From: Balanoglossus misakiensis
Taxonomy: Eukaryota > Animalia > Hemichordata
Length of the DNA: 64,000 nt
Direction of reading: 5' to 3'
NCBI GenBank assembly: GCA_040954595.2
Contig: JBECUI020000028.1
Span: forward strand, 186,001-250,000
Shown: one piece after another, positions 40,701 to 54,330 of the stretch
Position numbering within the stretch: position 1 is the stretch's first letter
Layout: every line of letters starts with the position of its first letter
The notes under the pieces: model-generated
What the model saw: the letters and a program-made list of their open reading frames with translations, nothing else
Database searches by the model: none
What the model was told of the DNA's origin: nothing
Made by a program: the position numbers and the translations under genes

Positions 40701-43700
40701 TTATCAGAAAATCCAATATGGCCGTCATGAAGAAGACAATTAAACTTACAAGCAGCATTGCAGGGGCTAAACTGGTTAGCATGGTTTCAAAAGAAAGCAA
40801 AGGCTGTATCTGTTGTGGATGCCAAGAAATGGTAAAGTACTTCATTAGGTGTTCCAGTCCTCTAAATTTGAAACATGCATCTGCTGTGCATGCCAGGTTA
40901 TGGGAACGTAGATCAAAGGTCATTGCCAAAATTATCAAAAAATAAGGTTATGTTCCGGCAGCAGCAGTACTCATGTAAACAAAATCATGACTGTTGTGCT
41001 TTTTAACAAGAATCGTATCCACATACAATTAAGTTCAGAAAACACTGGATCAAAGGACATGTGTAGTTGTCAAAATTTTGTATAATCAAGTTCTGAGAAA
41101 ACTGGATCAAAAACATGTATTCTGGTCATATGGCGACTCGTATCCATACAAAAGTTTTATCCAATAAGGTTGAACCAATCACAATTCACTTGAAAACTTA
41201 AGTAGAAAAAGATTTTTGACATTTTTAATGAGATTTTTCAAAAATCCATAATAAATCCAAAGTCACATGACCACTAACATTATTATTGAAAAAATTGGAA
41301 CCGCACAGTAAATTAGAACTTTATTGGCCTTGTAATTTTTGAAAAGAGTCAACTTTTAAAGGTTATCAGAAAATCCAATATGGCTGCCATGACGAAGACA
41401 AAGCTAAAAGCAGCATTGGAGGGACGAATGTGATTAGCATGGTTCCAACAGAAAGCAAAGGCTGTATCTGTAGCAGATGCCGAGAAATGGTAAAGTAAGC
41501 CAGAGGTCATGCAAAATTGTGCTAACAAAATTTGATATCAAACTGATCAGTGTCCAACAAAATCCAGACTTCTAAGCTATATTGGTTAACTTGAAATTGC
41601 TTATATGGGTCCAATTAGTTTTAACCAATCACAATTTACTTGAAAACTTGATTAGAAATAGATTTTTGATTTGTTTTATGATATTTTTCAAAAATCCAAT
41701 TATGCATCCAAAGCCACATGACCACTACTGATACTATTATTGTCAAACATTGAACCGCACAGTAAATTTGAACTTGATTGGCCCTGTATTTTTTGAAAAA
41801 AAAATGTCAAGTTTTAAAGGTTATCCGAAAATCCAATATGGCCACCATGAAGAAGACAATTAATACTAAAAGCAGCATTGGAGGGACCAAAGCGGTTAGC
41901 ATGGTTCGAACAGAAAGCAAAGGCTGTATCTGTTATGGATGCTGAGAAATGGTAAGTAAGCGAGAGGTCACGCAAATTTGGGCCAACAAATTTCGATATC
42001 AAACTGAGCTGTGTCCAACAGAAAACAGACTTCTCAGTTTATTGGTTAACTTGAAATTGCTTATGTACATAATTATTGTGTTAAAGTTTAATACTTCATT
42101 AGGTGTTTCAGTCCTCTAAATATTTTGTTTATTTCCTGGCAGCAGAAAGCAAAGGCTGCATCTGTTATAGATGCAAAACTCCTGTGAACAAAATCATGAC
42201 TGGTGTGCTTTTTGACAAGAAGCATATCCACGCACAATTAAGTTCTGGAAAAAATGGATCAAAGGACATTCGAAAATTGCCCAAAAATTGTAATATAATC
42301 TGGTCATGTGGTGACTCATATCTATTAAAAGAATTTGGGTAGGCTAGAAATAGGATTTTTTTTAAATCGTGTGTTTAGAAAATCCGATTTGGCTTTAATT
42401 AGGATAAACCAATCACAATTCACTTGAAAACGTGATTAGGAAAAGATTTGTGAAATTTTTCATGAGATTTTTCAAAAATCCAATATGGCAACCAAAGTGA
42501 CATGACCACTAATGATATTATTGTCAAACATTAAACCGCACAGTAAATTAGAACTTGATTTGCCTTGTAGTTGTTGAAAAGATGTAAATTTTTAAGTGTT
42601 ATCATAATATCCAATATGGCCGCCATTAAGAAGAAATGGGATGGGCCCAAGCATTTAGCATGGTTCCAACAGAAAGCAAAGGATGTTTTGTTAAAAAAAT
42701 CATATGAAAACTTATGTGTTCGAAAGAGCATACAGTGTGGTTTAACCGTGAGCGTCATTGGGCAAAATTTCTTTTTGGATTTTGGCGCTATATAAACTTT
42801 TTTGCTTGATTGATTTGATTTGATTTTGTTGTGGATGCAAAGAAATGGTAAAGTAAGCCAGAGGTCACGCAAAATTGTGACACAAATTTTTGATCTTAAA
42901 CTGATCAGTGTCAAACAAAAAACCAGATTTCTAAGCTCTATTGGTTAACTTGAAATAGATTATGTACAAAATTATTGTGTAAAAGTTTAATACTTTATTG
43001 GGTGTTGCAGTCCACCAAATTTGAAGGCTGTATCTGCTGTACATGCCAAGGCATGGGATAGTAGATCAAAGGTCATTGCCAAAATTATCAAAAGATTTGG
43101 GTTATGTCATGGCAGCAGTAGTACTCATGTGAACAAAATCATGACTGTTGTGCTTTTTAACAAGAGGCATATCCACATAAAATAAGTTCTGGAATTACTG
43201 GATCAAAGAACATGTGGAAGTAGTCTAATAATTATGATATATTCTGGTCCTATGGTGACTCGTATCCATAAAAAGAATTTGTGTGGTTTCAATGAGCACG
43301 CTAGAAATAGGAAATTTTAGTCTTTTATCGGAGATCAGAAAATCCAATTTGGCTCCAATAAGGTTTACCCAATCACATTTTACTTGAAAACTTGATTAGA
43401 AATAAATGTTTTGAAACTTTTTTATTCTATTTTTCAAAAATCCAAAGCCACATGACCACTAACGATATTATTGTCAAACATTGAACCACACAGTCAATTT
43501 GAACTTGATTGGCCCTGTAGTTTTTGAAAAAAATGTCACCTTTTAAAGGTTAACCGAAAATCCAATATGGCCGCCATGAACAAGACAATTACAACTAAAA
43601 GCAGCATTGGAGGGACCAAAGTGGTTAGCATGGTTCCAACAGAAAGCAAAGGCTGTATCTGTTATTGATGCTGAGAAATTGTAAGTAAGCCAGAGGTCAC

Positions 43701-45453
43701 GCAAATTTGGGCCAACAAATTTTGATATCAAACTGAGCTGTGTCCAACAGAAAACAGACTTCTAAGCTCTATTGGTTAACTTGAAATAGCTTATGTACAT
43801 AATTATTGTGTTAAAGTTTAATTCTTCATAAGGTGTTCCAGTCCACCAAATTTGAAGGCTGTATCTGCTGTACATGCCAAGGCATGGGATAGTAGATCAA
43901 AGGTCATTGCCAAAATTATCTAAAAGATTTGGGTTATGTCCTGGCAGCAGTAGTACTCATGTGAACAAAATCATGACAGATGTGCTTTTTAACAAAAGGC
44001 ATATCCACATAAAATAAGTTCTGGAATTACTGGATCAAAGGACATGCGAGAGTCGCAAACAAGTTGTTCAATCAAGTTTTGTAAAAATTTGATCAAAGAA
44101 CATCTGAAAGTAGTCTAATAATTTTGATATATTCTGGTCCTATGGTGACTCATATCCATAAAAAGAATTTGTATGGTTTCAAGGAGCACGCTAGAAATAG
44201 GAAATTTTAGTCTTTTATCGGAGATCAGAAAATCCAATTTGGCTCCAATAAGGTTTACCCAATCACAATTTACTTGAAAAGTTGATTAGAAATAGATTTT
44301 TTGAATTTTTTTTATGATATTTTTCAAAAATCCAAAGCCACATGACCACTAATGATATTATTGTCAAACATTGAACCGCACAGTCAATAAGAACACCAAA
44401 TTTGAAGGCTGTATCTGCTGTACATGCCAAGGCATGGGATAGTAGATCAAAGGTCATTGCCAAAATTATCAAAAGATTTGGGTTATGTCCTGGCAGCAGT
44501 AGTACTCATGTGAACAAAATCATGACTGTTGGGCTTTTTAACAAGATGCATATCTATGTATAATTTACTTCTTATAAAATAATGTAAAGGACACTGTGGT
44601 GCCCTTTGGGGATTACTCAGAAATTAGGTATTCACCAGAATTAAATTCAGGGGCGACATTGGCAAGCATATATGGCATTAATATTTAAATACTATGGAAA
44701 CATAAAAAAATTAACTATGCCAAATAAAGTGTTATGTGTCACAGCAATCTTACAAGCTACACTAAAAAACAACAACTGATTTTTGTCCAAAAACTGTCTG
44801 TAAAAATACATGCGAGTATGACAAATTAATTAGTCCAATCAGACAGAGGCATTCACTGACCTACCACCAGTTTATAATAAAATAGCTGGTGGTCCCTGTA
44901 ACAGCTGGACCATTAAAATTATATAAGGAAGATCAGTTAAAAATTTACTCCAAGATTGCCGTTTATTTTTCTGATAAAAATGTTTATACATCTTAGTAAG
45001 TTATAACAAAAAAATTATCAAAATCGGTTCACCGGATTTCAGCGTACAAACGCATCAAATAATACTGAGATTCTCAAGTATCTTCACCATTTTTCAAAGA
45101 ATTTTACCAAATTATATAAAAATGTAAGATTCACAGAAGATTACTTCTTTCAGTTTTACAGGAGATCATCTAAACTTGTAAAAAAAATCTCTCTATTTTT
45201 TGCATGGCACCATGGTAAAATATGAAAATTTGCAATGTTTGATGTTCCGTGTCTAAATCATGTTTGATCTAATTTTCACGAAATTTTCAGATTATATTAC
45301 AATATATGTGCAGATACAGATAGTGACTTATGTTTTTGATATCTGGATTATAATTTAAATTCACAGGCGCTCAAATATGGTAAACCTAGCATTTTACCAT
45401 TGCAAATGGGCGGCCATATTGGGTTGACATTTCATTAGATGGCAATATTTGTT

Positions 45454-46033
45454 CAGGGATCTGCCCACGCTGGTCGGCGCCGGTCGCGCGCGACCGGCAC
45501 TCTTCAGGCCGCAACCAGGACAAAAAGGTCGTGACCATTGCTATTGTTCGCTGTGATACGCGCGTTTTGGCGTGAGAAATTTTCTTTTTCGGCGGAAATC
45601 AAACACATGGGAGGAGAGAGTCAAAAAAGAAACCCGCTAAACTGTCGATAACAAGGTCGCGCGCGTTCGACTGACCGTGTGCGGTACATCGGGTGCAGCC
45701 GGCTGGGTCCCGCGATCGCGCGCGACCACCCACTCTTGAGATCGACTCCAAAGTCGTTGTCACGGTCGGGATTGCTAATGGCCTCGATCGGTATAAAATT
45801 GTAGTCTTTGAAACCCCCAAAATCGTCATCATTGTTGATGTCGCCGTCATGAAAATGTCCGGTGAAAAATTGCCTGTCTTCCGGGTTTACAAAGCAAAGG
45901 AAAGACGCATACTGTCAAAGGTCACGTAATTAGGTCAGGTCGATAACGCTTTACATCGAGCTCATGAATATTAATAATCTCATTAATATTCATGAGCGCG
46001 ACCACCACTTCGTTTTGGCTCGGCAGAACCCTG
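45454..46033. mobile_element. GC-rich 580-bp hAT-like MITE with a 6-bp TSD (TTTGTT)
   Basis: TIRs CAGGGATCTGCC / CAGGGTTCTGCC. The empty site CAATATTTGTTTATACA is present in the sister copy at ~52410. Internal GGTCGCGCG repeats and palindromes. Confidence 0.88.
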
Positions 46034-47290
46034 TTTGTTTATACATTGCAATTTGCTGAAAATCAGTTCAATCACTGTAGTAAGTGGAAATATTTAAATT
46101 CTTGTGTATTTTAGCAATCATAAAGCTGATATTACTATCAAAAAAATGTTATACAGTTGCTTCTGGACAGCAAAAATTGCCATCATTCAAGTCAAAGTCT
46201 CAGATCGGCCCTTTTGCTTGCCTGTGTCGAGCAGATATCAAAAGTGGAGAAAGTTGGATAGTTTAATTTCTACATGTTACCTGTACTATCCTTGTAGACT
46301 ATTAACATTAACAAGAATTTCATATTAAATTCTGGTATGATATGCATGGAAAGACTGGCTGGCTATAAATCATAAAAATGGACGCCGTTGCACCATACAG
46401 TTTTACTGCATACACACGTATTTTAAGCAAACTGTGCCTTTCATGTATTCCACTTTTCTCCCTTCCTTGCTGGCTTTCTCTGTTTTTTTTCTGACTGTGT
46501 CTTTATAAAATTACTATTTTTTTTTTTTTTTTTTTATTTTTTTTTTTTTTTTGGTGGGGGGGGGGGTAATTCAATTTCTGGCTCAAAAAATTGTACTAGA
46601 GCTGGTAAGGTTTCCTGAAAATTAATCCCTGTATCTTTAACGCAGGTGTGCAAGTTCATATAAAGTTCATTGGTTAAAGGAATATTATGAGCTGATAAAT
46701 TTACTGAGCTCTTCTTTCCAGTTAGAAGCTCTGCTATATTAACAACTACTCTCAATGCTACTTCAATAATGTTGCCTGTGCAAATTGACAATCAAAATAT
46801 CCATTAGTTAGACAACATATTTGGTTGGGTAATTACAGAATAATAACTATAATTCCATGCATACTCTACCTAAACTCAAATTAGAATATATAACTAAAAT
46901 TATAGTTATACACAGGTCTATAAAATGCTAAGAAAATGTAAAATCTAGGAAAGAACACCCATGGGCATTCAGCTCTTAGCAGATAACATCAGTCACTTTG
47001 AAGACATGTCACTTCCCAGACTTTACTAAAAATACTTCCAACTCTGACGTTAAACGCATCTCCAAAAAATCCAATATGGCAACCATGAAGAAGACAATTA
47101 AAGCAACATGCTGCATTGGAGGGACCAAAGTGGTAAGCATGGTTCCAAAAGAAAGCAAAGGCTGTTTCTGTTGTGGATGCCAAGAAATGGTAAAGTAAGC
47201 CAGAGGTCATGCAAAATTGTGCTAACAAAATTTGATATCAAACTGATCAGTGTCCAACAAAAAACCAGACTTCTAAGCTCTATTGGTTAA

Positions 47291-47893
47291 AGCCACAGTA
47301 TTTCTCGTAGGGGCAAAATTTTGTTTGAAACGGCATCTATAATTTCTAAAAGTAGATGATAATTGATACTGAATCGAACAGTCATCATCCCCAGCTCTGC
47401 TGATAAACTCATACAATTTACAATATAACGAGTGAAGAATGACTTTCTGTCCGGACAGAAAGTCACGTGAGTCAGGCTAATGTTGACACACGTGACTAGT
47501 GCGCATGCGCACTCAAATGTGAATCTATGCGGAAGACGTTTGGTCGCCCCAAATCAAGCGACTCAGCGAAGAAATGCGCACTAATTCGGCGAAATTTTGG
47601 GAAGATAACTTTATGGGAGAAATCAGTCGATGGAACCAGATCAAATCCGAAAATGGTCTGACCATCAAAATGTCAAAGTGGCACGTTTGCTGATCGACAT
47701 GTACAACATTTCCGTTGTAAACAAACCCGCGCATCATTTCAAGTGTTACGGGCGATATTTTCGGCTTGCATGTAGCTACAATTGCCCAAACCTTTCTTAC
47801 ATCTTCATTATATAGTATTCCATGATGGATGTACTGGAAAAACGGGCCTTTTTCGATGATGAAAAATGGATGCACACGAGAAATACTGGGGCT
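47291..47893. mobile_element. Kolobok-like MITE (603 bp), TTAA TSD
   Basis: TIRs AGCCACAGTATTTCTCGT / AGCCCCAGTATTTCTCGT with TTAA on both sides. The empty site TATTGGTTAACTTGAAAT occurs in other array units such as ~43770. RR..YY termini with TTAA fit Kolobok. Confidence 0.88.
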
Positions 47894-50414
47894 TTAACTT
47901 GAAATAGCTTATGTACATAATTATTGTGTTAAAGTTTAATACTTCATTAGGTGTTCCAGTCCACCAAATTTGAAGGCTGTATCTGCTGTACATTCCAAGG
48001 CATGGGATAGTAGATCAAAGGTCATTGCCAAAATTATCAAAAGATTTGGGTTTTGTCCTGGCAGTAGTAGTACTCGTGTGAACAAAATCATGACTGCTGT
48101 GCTTTTTAACAAGAGGCATATCCACATAAAATAAGTTCTGGAATAACTGGATCAAAGGACAAGCGAGAGTCGCAAATAAATTGTTTAAATCAAGTTCTGT
48201 AAAAACTTGATCGAAGAACATGTGAAAGTAGTCTAATAATTGTGATATATTCTGGTCATATGGTGACTCATATCCATAAAAAGAATTTGTGTGGTTTCAA
48301 TGAGCAGGCTAGAAATAGGAAATATTAGTCTTTTATCAGAGATCAGAAAATCCAATTTGGCTCAATAAGGTTTACCCAATCACAATTTACTTGAAAACTT
48401 GATTAGAAAAAGATTTGTGAAATTTTTCATGAGATTTTTCAAAAATCCAATATGGCAACCAAAGTGACATGACCACTAATGATATTGTTGTCAAACATTG
48501 AACCGCACAGTAAATTAGAACTTGATTTGCCTTGTAGTTGTTGAAAAGATGTCAATTTTTAAGGGTTATCAGAATATCCAATATGGCCACCATTAAGAAG
48601 AAATGGGACAGGCCCAAGCGGTTAGCATGGTTCCAACAGAAAGCAAAGGCTGTTTTGTTGTGGATGCCAAGAAATGGTAAAGTAAGCCAGAGGTCACGCA
48701 AAATTGTGACACAAATTTTTGATCTTAAACTGATCAGTGTCCAACAAAAACCAGACTTGTAAGCTCCATTTGTTTACTTGAAATAGCTTATGTACAAAAT
48801 TATTGTGTTAAAGTTTAATACTTCATTAGTTGTTTCAGTCCTCCAAATTTGAAGACTGTATCTGCTGTGCATGCCAACTTATGGAAAAGTAGATCAAAGG
48901 TCATTGCCATAATTAGCAAAATATTTTGGTTATTTCCTGGCAGCAGCAGTACTCATGTGAACAAAATCATGACTGTTGTGCTTTTTAACAAGAGGCATAT
49001 CCACATAAAATAAGTTCTGGAATTACTGGATCAAAGGGCATATCCACATAAAATAAGTTCTGGAATTACTGGATCAAAGGACATGCGAGAGTCGCAAACA
49101 AATTGTTTATTCAAGTTTTATTATTGTCATTGAACCGCACAGTAAATTAGAACTTGATTTGCCTTGTAGTTGTTTTATAAGATGTCAATTTTTAAAGGTT
49201 ATACGAAAATCCAATATGGCCGCCATGAAGAAGACAATTAAAACTAAAAGCAGCATTGGAGGGACCAAAGCGGTTAGCATGGTTCCAACAGAAAGCAAAG
49301 GCTTTATCTGTTATGGATGCTGAGAAATGGTAAGTAAGCCAGAGGTCACGCAAATTTTGGCCAACAAATTTTGATATCAAACTGAGCTGTGTCCAACAGA
49401 AAACAGACTTCTAAGCTCTTTTGGTTCACTTGAAATAGCTTATGTACATAATTATTGTGTTAAAGTTTAATACTTCATTAGGTGTTCCAGCCAAAAAAAT
49501 TTGAAGACTGTATTTGCTGTTTATTCCAAGTAATGGGATAGTAGATCAAAGGTCATTGCCAAAATTATCAAAAGATTTGGGTTATGTCCTGGCAGCAAAG
49601 GTCATTGCCAAAATTATCAAAAGATTTGGGTTATGTCCTGGCAGCAGTCGTACTCATGTGAACAAAATTATGACTGTTGTGCTTTTTAACAAGAGGCATA
49701 TCCACATAAAATAAGTTCTGGAATTACTGGATCAAAGGACATGCGAGAGTCGCAAACACATTGTTTAATCAAGTTCTGTAAAAACTTGATCAAAGAACAT
49801 GTGAAAGTAGTCTAATAATTGTGATATATTCTGGTCATATGGTGACTCATATCCATAAAAAGAATTTGTGTGGTTTCAATGAGCAGGCTAGAAATAGGAA
49901 ATTTTAGTCTTTTATTGGAGATCAGAAAATCCAATTTGGCTTCAATAAGGTTTACCCAATCACAATTTACTTGAAAACTTGATTAGAAATAGATTTTTGA
50001 AATTTTTTAATGATATTTTTTCAAAAATCCAAAGCCACATGACCACTAATGATATTATTGTCAAACATTGAACTGCACAGTAAATTAGAACTTGATTGGC
50101 CCTGTAGTTTTTGAAAAAAATGTCAACTTTTAAAGGTTATCCGAAAATCCAATATGGCCGCCATGAAGAAGACAATTAAAACATTTACTAAAAGCAGCAT
50201 TTGAGGGACCAAAGCGATTAACATGGTTCCAACATAAAAATGCAAGATTCACAGAAGATTACTTCTTTCAGTTTTACAGGAGATCATCTAAACTTGTAAA
50301 AAAATCTCTCTATTTTTTGCATGGCACCATGGTAAGATATGAAAATTTGCAATGTTTGATGTTCCGTGTCTCAATCATGTTTTATCTAATTTTCACGAAA
50401 TTTCCAGATTATAT

Positions 50415-50850
50415 TGAACACCTATTGCCTGGCCATGAGGGCCATAGCGGCCGTTTATTACACCGGAGGGGTTGTGAGTTACCAGAATCATATGCTATTT
50501 CCCGAGGCCGCAGGCCGAGGGAAATAGCGTATGATTCTGGTAACTCACAGCCACGTGGGGGTAAAAACGGCTGCTATGGCCCGAATATAGGCCAGGCTAT
50601 AGGTGTTTTATAATAAACCTCATGCTGACAGTTTTGGAAAATCATGCAATTTTCTCTTGAGGTTGGCAGACGACATCTTCAGCGGTGGCCATTGTGTCAG
50701 ACGCGACGCTGATTGACGTGACCACGTTTGTCATGTGACCGGTTTATATTTTTTCTGCTATTTCCCTAACGGTTCATAGTCGATTCTATTTTCCTATCAC
50801 GTGACGGATTCTGGCGAATCACGGCACAGTATTAGCATGAGGTATATTAT
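50415..50850. mobile_element. ~435-bp double-foldback element, CryptonA-like non-autonomous insertion
   Basis: Absent from the sister copies, which read CAGATTATATTACAATATATG. It has a long hairpin at 50417-50607 centred on CCCGAGGCCGCAGGCCGAGGG and a second inverted pair, ATAATAAACCTCATGCT / AGCATGAGGTATATTAT. Confidence 0.75.
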
Positions 50851-53800
50851 AATACAATATATGTGCAGATACAGATAGTGACTTAAGTTTTTGATATCTG
50901 GATTATAATTTAAATTCCCAGGCGCTCAAATATGGTAAACCTAGCATTTTACCATTGCAAATGGGCGGCCATATTGGGTTGACATTTCATTAGATGGCAA
51001 TATTTTTTTATACACTGCAATTTGCTGAAAATCAGTTCAATCACTGTAGTAAGTGGAAATACTTAAAGTCTTGTGTATTTTAGCAATCATAAAGCTGATA
51101 TTACTACCAAAAACATTTTATACAGTTACTTCTGAACAGCAAAAATTGCCATCATTCAAGTCAAAGTCTCAGATCGGCCCTTTTGCTTGCCTGTGTCGAG
51201 TGGATATCAAAAGTGGAGAAAGTTGGATAGTTTAATTTCTACATGTTACCTGTACTATCCTTGTAGACTATTAACATTAACAAGAATTTCATATTAAATT
51301 TTGGTATGATATGCATGGAAAGACTGGCTGGCTATAAATCATGAAAATGGACGCCGTTGCACCATACAGTTTTTACTGCACACACATGTATTTTAAGCAC
51401 ACTGTGTCTTTCATGTATTCCACTTTTCTCCCTTCCTTGCTGGCTTTGTCTATTTCTTTTCTGACTGTGTCTTTATGAAATTACTGATTTTTTTTTGGTA
51501 ATTCAACTTCTGGCTCAAATAAATGTACTAGAGCTGGTAAGGTTTCCTGAACATTAATCCCTGTATCTTTAACGCAGGTGTGCAAGTTCATATAAAGTTC
51601 ATTGGTTAAAGGAATATTATGAGCTGATAAATTTACTAAGCTCTTCTTTCCAGTTAGAAGCTCTGCTATATTATCAACTACTCTCAATGCTACTTCAATA
51701 ATGTTGCCTGTGCAAATTGACAATCAAAATATCCATTAGTTAGACAACATATTTGGTTGGGTAATTACAGAATAATTACTTTAATTCCATGCATACTCTA
51801 CCTAAACTCAAATTAGAATATATAACTGAAATTATAATTATAAACAGGTCTATGAAATGCTAAGAAAATGTAAAATCTAGGAAAGAACACCCATGGGCAT
51901 TCAGCTCTTAGCAGATAACATCAGTCACTTTGAAGACATGTCACTTCCCAGACTTTACTAAAAAAACTTCAAACTCTGAAGTGAAACGCATCTCCAAAAA
52001 ATCCAATATGGCAACCATGAAGAAGACAATTAAAGCAACATGCTGCATTGCAGGGGCCAAAGTGGTTTGCATGGTTCCAACATAAAAATGCAAGATTCAC
52101 AGAAGATTACTTCTTTCAGTTTTACAGGAGATCATCTAAACTTGTAAAAAAAATCTCTCTATTTTTTGCATGGCACCATGGTAAAATATGAAAATTTGCA
52201 ATGTTTGATCTTCTGTGTCTCGATCATGTTTGATCTAATTTTCACGAAATTTTCAGATTATATTACAATATATGTGCAGATACAGATAGTGACTTAAGTT
52301 TTTGATATCTGGATTATAATTTAAATTCCCAGGCGCTCAAATATGGTAAACCTAGCATTTTACCATTGCAAATAGGCGGCCTTAATTGGGTTGACATTTC
52401 ATTAGATGGCAATATTTGTTTATACACTGCAATTTGCTGAAAATCAGTTCAATCACTGTAGTAAGTGGAAATATTTAAATTCTGATGTATTTTTAGCAAT
52501 CATAAAGCTGATATTACTACCAAATAAATGCTATACAGTTACTTCTGGACAGCAAAAATTGCCATCATTCAAGTCATAGTCTCAGATCGGCCCTTTTGCT
52601 TGCCTGTGTCGAGCGGATATCAAAAGTGGAGAAAGTTTGATAGTTTAATTTCAACATGTTACCTGTACTATCCTTGTAGACTATTAACATTAACAAGAAT
52701 TTCATATTAAATTTTGGTATGATATGCATGGAAAGACTGGCTGCTTATAAATCATAAAAATTGACGCCGTTGCACCATACAGTTTTTACAGCACACACAC
52801 GTATTTTAAGCAAACTGTGTCGTTCATGTATTCCACTTTTCTCCCTTCCTTGCTGGCTTTCTCTGTTTCTTTTCTGACTGTGTCTTTATGAAATTACTGA
52901 TTTTTTTTTGGTAATTCAATTTCTGGCTCAAATAAATGTACTAGAGCTGGTAAGGTTTCCTGAACATTAATCCCTGTATCTTTAACGCAGGTGTGCAAGT
53001 TCATATAAAGTTCATTGGTTAAAGGAATATTATGAGCTGATAAATTTACTAAGCTCTTCTTTCCAGTTAGAAGCTCTGCTATATTATCAACTACTCTTAA
53101 TGCTACTTCAATAATGTTGCCTGTGCAAATTGACAATCAAAATATCCATTAGTTAGACAACATATTTGGTTGGGTAATTACAGAATAATTACTTTAATTC
53201 CATGCATACCCTTCCTAAACTCAAATTAGAATATATAACTGAAATTATAATTATACACAGGTCTATGAAATGCTAAGAAAATGTAAAATCTAGGAAAGAA
53301 CACCCATGGGCATTCAGCTCTTAGCAGATAACATCAATCACTTTGAAGACATGTCACTTCCCAGACTTTACTAAAAAATACTTCCAACTCTGAAGTAAAA
53401 CGCATCTCCAAGTTGCATACACAATACTATAATATACTGTTAGAGATTTATAATGTTTTAAGTGAAAAAAATACAGAGATGTAAATACCCCTGCCATTTA
53501 TTCAGTGACATGTAATGCTGCCATTATGCACTGATTGACTCTAGCCACTTTCCCAGTAGGAGGAAAAAGACCATATGCCGACTTCAGCATAAAAATCTCA
53601 GTTTACTCTGGCTAATTATATTGGAGTTCTTATCAGTGTTTCGGGACGCTTAGATGATAATCGTTGAAATGGACAACACCAACATATGACGTTAACAAGC
53701 GGGAAGAAACAAAAGTTACTCAGTTTTTGGCATTTTATTTTTATTTGCAAGACCGAGAAATTAAAATATGACAAGTTTAGAAATCAATCAGATTATACAG

Positions 53801-53899
53801 CATGTCCCACTTTGAATGGTGGCCATATTGGATTCTGAACTCCCTAGTAATATAAACATATAGTGTACTTAGTGAGTCTCAGTATAGGGTAATCAACAC

Positions 53900-54330
53900 A
53901 ATCAGACAAAACTTGGGTTACCCATTGGAATATTCCTATCAAATTTCAAAGCAATCCCATATGCAGTTTCAGAAAAATCAGTATTTTCTCCAAAATTGTA
54001 TAATATCTTACTTCAATCGCTTCAGGGAACATGCCTACCAAAGCTCAAGGCGATCTGACATGCAGTTTGAAAGAAAATAATTTTTGATGAAAAATTCCAC
54101 AACTTTCACACACAAAACGCAAATATGTAAATTTCAAGTATTTTTTTTAAACATCTCATTTAATTATCCCCAAGGAACAAGCCTACCAAATTTGAAAGCA
54201 ATCTCACAAGCGGTTTTAGAGGAAACAATTTTTGACCAAAAATGGCAAAAATTGCTACAAAATTATAAATATGCACATTTTTCATCAACCAGGTTTTCAT
54301 CAACTGGGACCACACATACAAAAGTATGCT
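53900..54330 (+). repeat. Fragment of an interspersed repeat (CCAAATTTCAAAGCAATC family)
   Basis: Recurring CCTACCAAATTT(G/C)AAAGCAATC and TTTTGACCAAAAATGGCAAAA modules, shared with 57370-58080. Confidence 0.55.

Larger units (their letters stand above)
37853..50235 (+). repeat. Crypton-like non-autonomous interspersed repeat and a degenerate tandem array derived from it
   Basis: Starts AATTAAAGCTGCAAGCAGC and is rich in GGTCAAAGGTCA, CCAATATGGCCGCC and GGCTGTATCTG. The cassette AATCCAATATGGCCGCCATGAAGAAGACAATT...AGCAGCATTGGAGGGACC recurs at ~40711, 41372, 41830, 42610, 43559, 47068, 48577, 49208 and 50146. The family label comes from recalled resemblance only. Confidence 0.7.
45119..53410 (+). 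repeat. Three copies of a ~1.41-kb unit (45119-47140, 50237-52084, 52085-53410)
   Basis: All start AAAATGYAAGATTCACAGAAGATTACTTC. Homologous ORF-track hits at 51481 and 52894 are 1413 bp apart, with a third at 46534. Confidence 0.93.

Noticed and set aside
44582-45118. Possible Kolobok terminus TAAAGGACACTGTGG
   Set aside because: There is no intact TTAA and I could not find a matching inverted end in the window.
40613-53136. Recurrent short ORFs (MISKFVGPNLRDL..., MSICTGNIIEVAL..., MEIFKFLCIL...)
   Set aside because: They recur only because the underlying non-coding repeats are duplicated, and the frames are not preserved across copies.
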